Positions 52,448-62,175 of a stretch of DNA of 64,000 nucleotides are shown here, piece by piece. Under the pieces are notes generated by a model. The model worked only from the letters and a program-made list of their open reading frames with translations, was not told the origin of the DNA and did no database searches. How positions within the stretch are numbered: the stretch's first letter is position 1; the number at the start of each line of letters is the position of its first letter. The position numbers and the translations under genes were made by a program. This DNA is from Ruditapes philippinarum (Eukaryota): the NCBI RefSeq assembly GCF_026571515.1, contig NW_026857312.1, positions 1 to 64,000 on the forward strand, written 5' to 3'.

Positions 52448-53600
52448 ACAAGAGGGCCATGATGACCCTTTTTATTGCTCACCTAACTGAAGTATACATG
52501 TAAACTATTTCTTACGGAAAGTTAATTATTGCTATGGAAGTCACTAATTGCAAAAGATAGTCAATGGTTGCTATGGAAGCGACTGGTTGCTATGGAAAGT
52601 CAGTGGTTACTTAGAAAAGGCAATGATTGCTATTGAAGTCAGTAATTGCTATTGAAGTCACTGGTTGCTATGAGGAGTCAATGGTTAGTTACTATAGGAA
52701 GTCAATGATTTTTATGGAAGTCACTGGTTGCAATGAAAAATCAACGGTTGCTATAGAATGTCAATGGTTGTAACAGAAGCCACTGGTTGCTATGGAAAGT
52801 CAAAAGTCATTATGGAATGTTAATTGTTGATATGGAGGTCAATGTTTGCTAGGACACTGGTTGCTATGTTAGTCACCGGTAGCTATGGAAAGTCAATGAT
52901 TGTTTTGGAAGTCAATGGTTGCTATAGAAGGCATTAGTTAATATATATTTAAGAAAAATCAATGACCCTTTACACCTCATGGGTGGTACCAATTTAGACT
53001 CAGGGCTTTAAGTTGATCAAACTTAGTACAGGTCACCAACATAATGTTTCATGCGAAATATCTAATATCTAGCTCTTGTAAATTTTTACTATCTATATAT
53101 TTAGAATATTTATGACATTCCGGGGATGGAGCAAATTTAGACCCAAACGTTATAATCTGAATAAACTTGGTAATGGTCCACTGGACAATATTCATTCAAA
53201 TATATAATCTTTAGCCAAAAAGGTTTAAGAGGAGAACTTTTAACGTTTAAATTTTTACATATAAGGAAATCTAGGACGACTACCCAGAGTTTGGATGCCA
53301 AACATAAGCTTACCTCTTGATCTTTAAGAGAAGAGGAACTGTTTTTAGTTTCAATTTTATACAAATAAGGAAAATCCATGACCGTTGAGGGTTATTATTT
53401 GAACAGACTCAGCAGAGTAGAGCAGAGGTTTACAAGGCAATGTTTCATGCTAATTATCTAAGTTTTTGCCCTCTTGGTTATAAAGGGGTGGTTATTACTA
53501 CAATGTACATGTAAGGAAAATCCATGACTCATTGGCTATATTTAAACAAACTTTGCAGAGGTTCACTATACAGTGTTTTATGCCAAATATTTAAGGTTAT
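52448..53600 (-). mobile_element. Degenerate Helentron-like element with ~20-bp and ~165-bp repeats
   Basis: Terminus acaagagggccatgatg..gctcacct; paralogous to the fragment at 43920. Confidence 0.6.
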
Positions 53601-53653
53601 AAATGGGACAGAATAATTAAAATCATAATGATTAATAAATTATTACCATGTAG

Positions 53654-53794
53654 TCTATGAGCAGCAACATGGTAATATTCTATGTATACAACGGTCAGTC
53701 CGTATGGATTCAAAGGTATGTAGTCAACAATGCCTCAATCTTTTTGGATGATAATTATCGGTATTTTCTAGGGTTTTTGTTTAGTCTCATGTGA
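53654..53794 (+). pseudogene. Divergent orphan C1qDC exon 2 with open frame and AG acceptor (SMSSNMVIFYVYNGQSVWIQRYVVNNASIFLDDNYRYFLGFLFSLM*)
   Basis: catgtag|TCTATGAGCAGCAAC; aligns to the other exon 2 copies but lacks the CT of YCTFSG; has no exon 1 of its own. Confidence 0.7.
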
Positions 53795-55157
53795 ACGATT
53801 TTCGATATGCCTCAAACTTTTCCTGACCTGTTTACCTGTAATATCTTTTTGTGACAATCTAGTCAAAAATGATAACAATTTAAAGATACTAAGGGACAAA
53901 TATATACATGTAAAAGGTTATTCAGTTGTCCGTAAATTGTGCAAGAAATGCTTGTATTTTCCCCAGATTTTAGCCTTTACTTTCTTTTATCTTAAAGCCT
54001 TAACATTATCAGTGATCACCAGGCTTGTACAGAATAAAACAGGCTTGTACAGAATAAAATACAGAAAATACTTAAGGGATATGAATTGAGATATGAAGTC
54101 AAAAATTCCATTGCAAATAAAAATGACATACATGTATAAAAACACAGAAAAGGCGTTATAAAAGGGTTACGAGCATTATTAAGAAAACAATGGCCGACAT
54201 ATAAAAAAATATAAAAATCTGAGTCCCTAACGAACATCTTAAACGGCAAAAATGAAAATGTTGCAATCCTGTAAGAGTCGGTAAGTGGTAAATGCACACT
54301 ACATAGAACCGGCTTAAGCAGTATTAAATATTACCACAAAAACAACAATAACGTCGTACAGAACGATATTTTAGGATTAAAAATATAACATCTGTTATTG
54401 AATATACGGGACAACTTTTAAGGCTTCCATTCTTCACAAAAAAACGCTGATGTGGCAATAAAATATCTAAAACACGAACGAATGACAAGAGCTCGTCAAA
54501 TTCTGTTGAAGTTGTAGTAGACGCCGTTAACGACAACATTGATATAACTGCTGTCGACACTGAAGACAATTGAATTGGCACACTAAAGAAGCGCTTTAAT
54601 TTATTTTGAGCACTAAACTGGTCATGTGTCCATAAATTACGGATGCTCTCGTTCTTAGAGCTTTAAATTGGCAAAATATTGAAATAAGTTTAAGAAACAA
54701 GAAAGTCTTACGCGGAACAAGGACATTACTGAGAAATTACTGAATTATATGTACCTGAAAGTTTATACTAAATACTTTTGATAGTAAAACTTTGTGAGAA
54801 ATAAACTTAAACCAAATATTAAGTTATGGAAAAAACCGAGCGCAGAAAAGGCATTATCATAAAATAATTTCCAGTTGATCATCAAGAACACGGGAAGCAT
54901 TTTCCTCAAGCTTAAAGGTTTTAAGTCAATCTCATCATCTCGGTCCTCGAGCAGTTTTTTTTAAAGAAAAGACCAACTTTACTTGACCTGTTATTGGGAA
55001 CGCAGCTTCCCATACATAGCTTATTCATTCTTTTACTCACATTAGACATATTCAGTAAGAATTTCATAGATTTAAATAAATTTCTGTGATTGAAATATTT
55101 TACTCAAAGATGAGCATAGTATATCTTTGGTCATGACTGACTATATCTGTGCAGCAT

Positions 55158-56864
55158 TGTAACACCGCACTTTGGGGTCAAACGTACTTTGGGGTCCGAC
55201 CCCAAAGTGCGTTACACTTCGCATCGCACTTTGGGGTTCAACGCACTTTGGGGTCAAAATCGAGAAATTGACCCCAAAGTGCGTTAATATGCTACATATC
55301 AACGCACTTTAGGTTCAAAAGTTGTGAGCGTGTCAACTGACTTCTGCTTAAATACTGAGTTCTGAATTATTTTCGATCTGCGACATTGAAATATTTGAGG
55401 TGAAGTTCAAGATGGCGGTTTGATGCTTAAGCTTAATTTTACCACTTGAAATATCTAAAAATTGTGTCCATATAACAAAGTACTCTAGTACATAAATTGT
55501 GGATATATTTCTAGAATTAAAAGATGCTGCGCAAAATATCCTGTTCTGTCAGTCATTTACTTGATAACTTTTGGTGCCATATTGAGCTCCATTTTAAATA
55601 TGATGAGGATTAAATAATATGAAGTTAATATTTTTTCCAAAGAACTATAATATAATACTCTATTGCAATGTTCTTGTGAAATATCCAGTTATAAATAGTG
55701 ATTTTTACAAATACATTATAATTTAAAGCTTATCGACAAACTTAAAGTTTTTGTAAGCTTCGTAACAGCCGTTCGCCAGAGGCTTTTTAATGGGGAATCT
55801 TACATACTTCTTTAGAAAGGGCAAATATGAATTTGTAATGTTTAAATAATAGTATTAGAGAAATATAAGAAACTTGTTACCCCTGAATAAAGTGGCGATA
55901 AATGTGAAAAAATTGAAAGTAGCAAAATGTAAACAATGTAGTATTTGACTTCCATATAAAATACTAATTCACTATAACTGTACTCATTGCCAAAAAGCAA
56001 CAGATGAAAAAGATGGTTCAGGTAATTGGCCAATGAATAACTTTTTGGATACTATTGAAGTGCACTAAAATTTAAAAAAAGCTTTTTAAGAAATACAAAT
56101 AAAAGCACAATGGACCTTTATAATACCGGGGGATCGAGACCCCATCATCCCCTCAGAACTCCCTCAGTGAGAACTTTACATCATTATGAATGTGTGACTA
56201 CTTAAATAGTTTATGATACTTTTGTGTACTGCCTGTACGGACTACTACTTAAGGCCGCATCTACACCAAGTTCCTTAAATGTCACATTTAGATAAGCTAA
56301 ATGAATGGTCATTTCAACATATAATCAGGCACATATTTTACTGAATGTTTTATTAAGATTTCCCAGAATTTATACTTTTGTCTATGCTGAGACTATTATA
56401 TTTCTATCAAATGTGTAAATAATAATAAACGGGAAAATGATGCAATTAGCTAAAAACAATGGAGTTAATGAAAGGCGTACATTATTTTGAAATAAATGGA
56501 AAATGTGAGAGAAAATATATTTTGACCTTATTAATTGATACAAATTCTTTATTTGATGAAAGTTCTTCACTATAATTGATCAAGATAATTTAAAATCCCT
56601 ATTGATTCCACTATAATTCAGGTCAGATGTTTTGCCTCTATTTAATATCTTGATTTTTGTTTACCATTGGTTTTGACAACAATATATTATTTAAAACATC
56701 ATGAAAAATCATTTTATTGATTGAATTTTTGTGACCTCAAAGTGCGGTCGTTTGTCTGATGTTAAAAAATGCATATGTACCTTGTTTAACGCACTTTGGG
56801 GTCCAAATTGGACCCCAAAGTGCGTAACGCACTCTGGGGTCGGACCCCACAGTGCAGTGTTACA
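55158..56864. mobile_element. 1.7-kb non-autonomous DNA transposon with TGT..ACA ends (Ginger-like) and subterminal gcactttggggtc repeats
   Basis: TIR tgtaacaccgcactttggggtc / gaccccacagtgcagtgttaca; flanks cagcat and tagcat; empty site gtgcagcataataatc near 48990. Confidence 0.8.
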
Positions 56865-57344
56865 TAGCATAATAATCTAAAATAAGATAAAAATTGATTG
56901 GGTTGGATTTAAAGTCAAAATGGCAATATGAAGGACTTTCCAGCACCCAAATACATTATTCACAGCATTAGCGAGCCCCGAGAAGAACCACTGAATTCCC
57001 GTAACCAACTGAGTAGCTTCCTCATCCAATCTGCGATAATGCAATCTGCAGATATACATGTATGTGTCCAATATAAATATTTTCTATCAATGAATTTGCT
57101 ACACAGCCCTCGCAGCTCGCTGAATACACTCACGTTACTTCAGACAGTGTGCGAGGGCGAAACATGCTCAAACAGATGCGAGTTTTAAATTATTAAATGG
57201 TTAGATGAACGCGTGCGGGTTATAGGAAATAAACACATTCAAGGCGTCTCATATAACGATAAAAGTTGGGCAAAAACTAAAAGATTTTAAAGCAAAGTTT
57301 TGTTCGATTATCGAAATGTTTATTGTTTCGTATTTTAATTGTTG

Positions 57345-57485
57345 ACAATAAACTCCACTACTGCGATAATTCATGTGACTAAGGGATCGTCTGTATTGGT
57401 TAAAGAATATGCCATTCATGAGGGTTCAATATTTTCAAATAATATCGGAAAATATTGTAAATTTTGTGTTGTATCTTTTCATATA
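57345..57485 (+). pseudogene. Orphan copy-1-type exon 2 relic
   Basis: ORF 57339..57521 has the same translation as 49654..49836; no AG acceptor. Confidence 0.75.
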
Positions 57486-57586
57486 AGTGTACATGCATTT
57501 CAATCATTTTCTCATTTTTGAAAGTTTCCTTGTCACTAAAACATTGAGAACATTGAACCTTTTATGTGTAGGGAACATCATCATCA

Positions 57587-57617
<31 letters not shown>

Positions 57618-58062
57618 CTATGATTCATCTTGACTGGGTCTTCAAGTTCGAACTAAAATGTCATACACTACATTAAGATTGTAAGACTGTTTTACTTGGA
57701 GAAATATGACAGTATTTAAAATAGCTGATATTCGAAAACAAAATTAATCTTATTTTATTTTATTGAAAAAAAGACTCGTTTCTATTTATTTATTTATTTA
57801 TTTATTTATTTTTGGACAGTTGTGCATGCATATTGACAGCACAATATCTCCATCGACTTTACTTGTTTGTATTTATTTATTTACATGTATGTTATAAATT
57901 TTGACTTGACCCATTTAATAATAATAACAAGTACAGAAACACATGTTATGATTCAACAACATATGTTCTTATCTAAGATAACGTAAAGTTTCACACGAAG
58001 AGATTGTCGGCATTGTGACGTATCAGTTTTCTTTTACATGAGATATAAGTAACTGGTCAACA

Positions 58063-58788
58063 ATGTTAGTCAAAATTCTTAATATCATAGTGTTTCTTTT
58101 TGTTGAGACTTTTATTTTTTCTGCAAGTGTTGAGATAGAAAATGAGGTACAAATTACTAAGCTTGTTGAGCAGATGATAGCAGAAAGGACTTCGGAGCTG
58201 ACGAACAAAGTTCAGAGTCTAGAAAGAATCGTTACAAATCAGCAGACACGAATTCAGCGTCTAGAAAAACAGGAAAAGCGGAGAGAGAGGACAATAATGG
58301 ACATGGTTAAATCATTAACAGACTTAAGACAAGAAATAAAGTCAAAGAAATTAGAATCTGTGAAAGAGAATGCCAACACTGTCAACTATAATAAAAACAG
58401 TCACGTCGGAGTGGAAAACGAGACTAGGCTCAATGTATCTGTTGACGCAAGAAAAAAGGCTTCAGCTATTCGACAGGGTAAACAAGAGGATAATGAAATC
58501 ATTGGTAAATCAAGACGAAGGCGTCAGACGGAAGTTGTGGCCTTCTCTGTTTACCTTAGTCACGATATTGATCATATGGGGATTGGACACCATATTGTTT
58601 TTGACAAGGCCATTACGAACGACGGAGCTGGATATAACGTCCATACAGGAATATTTACAGTTCCAGTGACCGGACTCTACCTATTTACGTTCAGCGTGGG
58701 TGACGGCGGTCATTATAATGTTCTACAATTGGTTTTGGATGGGTCAAACTTGGTTGACATTGTAGACAGTCCTGTTAATAATGCACAG
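58063..58788 (+). CDS. C1qDC copy 7, coding exon 1 (242 aa, intact)
   Basis: Signal peptide, coiled coil, SRRRR, gC1q motifs; donor CAG|gtacat, phase 0. Confidence 0.92.
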
Positions 58789-59129
58789 GTACATGCATGT
58801 TTATTATAAATAAATTACAAGCTAATGCGAAGGCTATTGTATATTAATTAAAGGGCTCAATAGACACGCAGGGACCTAAAAAACACAATAAAATTTAGTC
58901 TTTCTTTTTGTTCGTTAACCTGTATTACTATTAGACTTAAATGTGTCAAATGTGTTACAACAAACATGGACGGTATCTTACAAACCAAATAAGAAAAGAT
59001 AAGATTAAAAAAGTTATGCATTCATTTAGATATTTGCTGAATATTATTTGTAAAAATATAGCAAATTTTAGATCAGAATAATCAATATAATAATATTTTA
59101 TATACCAATTAAGTGTTATTATCTTGTAG

Positions 59130-59270
59130 ACCATGAGCAGCAACACGGTGATAGTTCATGTAAACAAAGGACAGTCGGTATGGATTCAGGAGTATGCACT
59201 AAACGATGCGTCAATACTTTCGCGTGAAATTTACCGTTATTGCACATTTTCTGGAATTCTTCTGTATTAA
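59130..59270 (+). CDS. C1qDC copy 7, coding exon 2 (TMSSNTVIVHVNKGQSVWIQEYALNDASILSREIYRYCTFSGILLY*); full protein 288 aa
   Basis: cttgtag acceptor, open 141 nt, AATAAA near 59283. Confidence 0.92.
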   Translation, partial: TMSSNTVIVHVNKGQSVWIQEYALNDASILSREIYRYCTFSGILLY

Positions 59271-59666
59271 ATATGTTCGGAAAATAAATCAGTAGTAAGA
59301 AATCATGTTCAGAAGTCCCAATACTTTTTAATAATTAATAAATTGTCAATAGCTAGGTTGTCATATACATGTATATTTGTATTGGATATGTTTTAACATC
59401 AAAACTATAACTGGATTACAATTTTACACAAAGGAAGTGGGTTTTTGCTCTAGAAATAACTCGTAAATGGTCGACCATTAATAAATACACTGCAGAGTTA
59501 ACGACATTTTTTTATTTCATTTGTTTTTAAACATTTTCAGGCATGACGAAGCAATTAAATCAGTTATTTATATTTGTTTAAATGAGCATCAAAATGGTTA
59601 CATGTAAATAAAGAAAAGCTATTAAGAAAACGAAATTAGATAACCCTGGAGATAATTGACAATTTA

Positions 59667-62175
59667 CACCGTAGGTATCGCGTTTTCCGGTTACAGTATA
59701 GAATTTTCAAGATGGAGGATTATTTGTTGGGGTCCATACTACAAGTAGTTTAAGTTCTAAAACATGTTTTTGTGCTTTGCTTGTAAGGAACAGAATCCGG
59801 TATCTAGTCATATATTTCTTTAGACCCTACACCGCATATTTATCACTATATTGTCTCATAAATATGCAGATTTGACAGTTTGAAAATTTGAATCGAGAGA
59901 CCAACGCATTTTCCTCCAATTTCGAAATTATTATGCATGCCTAGAAAAAGTAAATCTGCAAAACGTTAGTCCTTTATGTTTAGGAAACGTTTATAAAAGT
60001 AAATGACCAGTTGAACCTATTTTCCTGTTCGTTAAATGCGTTTGAAAAAATAAACAATGTTTACAGTATAGAGCGAAGTGATTTGTGCAGGGTCTACAGC
60101 ATATAGACCTAGCGATTTTTATCCGATTTTGTTACAGTTTATACCCAGAGTTCGGTTGAACAGTTTAGACTTCGATATTTTCTATAATATACTAGGTTAA
60201 AATGTATGAAAGTTAACATAGACTTTTAAATCTCTGTGAGCTTATTGGGCCCGAATGGCCCTATTCGTCCGTCTGTCGCCTACCAATTAAGTTGTTTAAA
60301 TGTTTCGGTTGCAATCGGGGATACGAAAACCCGAAACATAGATTTTGAAAAAAGGCAGTGTTGAAAGACCCTTCTCATCTCGAACCAAAAGCATTCAAAT
60401 CAAATCATGATCATGGCGTTATTTCGAATGCTTCTTTGTTGAAGTTACGATTATTTTGTCATTGTTAAATTAAAAGTCGATTTTTTTTTTATTTCAGACA
60501 TCCTGTATAGCAGTTTTCATGATAACATTGAAAGTTATAGAGTATAAATTAAGGTCAGACAATTACAATATCTTCTCTAGTGAGCCTGATGGAGGTACAT
60601 AATAGTGGCATAGTCGGGATAAGGCCGTCGACTTCAATACTGCTGTAGTAGTTGAAATCCAATCATGACTTTGGATTCTTTGTATGTGAGGAATCTATCA
60701 AGCTAATTTACGGAAGGTCGGTGGTTCTAGTCAGGTGCCCGCTCGTGTCTGAAATGTTTCACAAAGGGGTATCTGAGGTCTTTCTTTACACTAAAGCAGG
60801 AATGTTTTCACATGACCTCAGTGTCGTTGAAACTTAAAATCCAAGAAAGCCAAACGTAACAAACCCTTTTTAAATACTTACAAAATACAATATAGTAGAT
60901 GGAAATTCCAACTTAAAAATAAAATTTAAGGTTGCAGTATTGCTCACTTAAATACTGTTTAATCATTCTTAGGGTATTGCCTGCTTGTTAATTGTGTCTT
61001 TGGACAGGTATACTATGGTATGCAGGCTTCATTACCTCCGATCCGCTCTCAAAATTTTTATTTTATTTAGTTTCACTAATTGTATTCTCGTTTAGGGCAC
61101 ACGCAATTTTTAACCTGGGGGTAATATAGCCCTTTTCATAGAATGGCAATAACGTGTCACATTGAAGGTTCCATGATAACCGCCATATGAACACATCCAC
61201 AGATGTTAAAAAATCTGAAGTGTACCAGTTCATGTTTAATGTGAATTCTGCTGAAGCCGGTGCTAGGAGGCGTGGACGGTAGCTTGCAGTTACCACTACC
61301 GTCCATGAACAGGTTTAATCAAACTGAGCCTGGCAACATGTTCATGTTTTCCGTGTCGGACTTCTGTTAAGGATTCTTTTTTCTCTACTTTATTACTAAT
61401 AGGCATTATTATAATGTGTAATGAAATCAAGCAATAATCTTTCTTCTCTCAAAACAATTACTAATTCTGCAAAAGTCTCAATCTGAAACTTAAAGTAAGA
61501 AAAAAAGCAAACTATAACTTTTCTGCTGAAGAAAATAAGTAATACAACCTTTCAAGAATGTATTAAATAGAAAGGTATGAGTTATTTCATAAAAATAATG
61601 GATACACGAACTTTGTTTGAAATTTGGCAAGTATCTAAACTGTAACCGAAATCTAGGTATAAACTGTAACAAAATTGGATCAAAGTCGCTAGGTCTATGC
61701 TGTAACCCTCCAAAATTAACCTCGCTCTAAACTGTAGCATTGTTTATTTTTTCAAACGCATTTTACCAACAGGAAAATAGTTTCAACTGGTCAATTACTT
61801 TTATAAACGTTTCTAAACAAAAAGGACTAACGTTTTGTAGATTTACTTTATCTAGGCATGCTTAAATATTGTCGGATTGGGAGAAAAATGCGTTGGTCTC
61901 TCGATTCAAATTTTTTAAACTGTCAAATCTGCACATTTATGAGACAATATAGATAAATATGCGGTGCAGGGTCTGAAGAAATATATGACTAGATACCGGA
62001 TTCTGTTCCTTACAAGCAATTAAAGCACAAAAACATCTTTTAGAAACTAAACTACTAGTAGTATGGACCTGAATAAAAATCACCTACCTCTCTTCCCATA
62101 AATAATCCTCCATCTTGAAAATTCTATACTGTAACCGGAAAACGCGATACTGTACGTAACACGTTCCCTACGGTG
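59667..62175. mobile_element. 2.5-kb foldback element: ~500-bp TIRs, CAC..GTG termini, 5-bp TSD attta (Transib-like signature)
   Basis: attta|caccgtagg...cctacggtg|attta; 59667 to about 60175 is the reverse complement of about 61630 to 62175. Confidence 0.8.
60590..60862 (+). mobile_element. Degenerate tRNA-derived SINE inside the foldback element
   Basis: gtggcatagtcgg A-box-like and gttgaaatcc B-box-like motifs, body ggaaggtcggtggttcta, (AAAC)-like tail. Confidence 0.55.

Noticed and set aside
45544-57188. Recurrent ORFs MTFQHPNTLFTAIA... and MSVFSELRGL... (45544, 49004, 56877)
   Set aside because: Repeated because they lie in the duplicated unit; they overlap a SINE-like fragment and their frames are not conserved across copies.
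61063-61350. Possible RAG2-like/kelch fragments (VDVFIW, YGG) inside the foldback element
   Set aside because: Motifs are too short and lie in different frames with stops; cannot be supported without a profile search.
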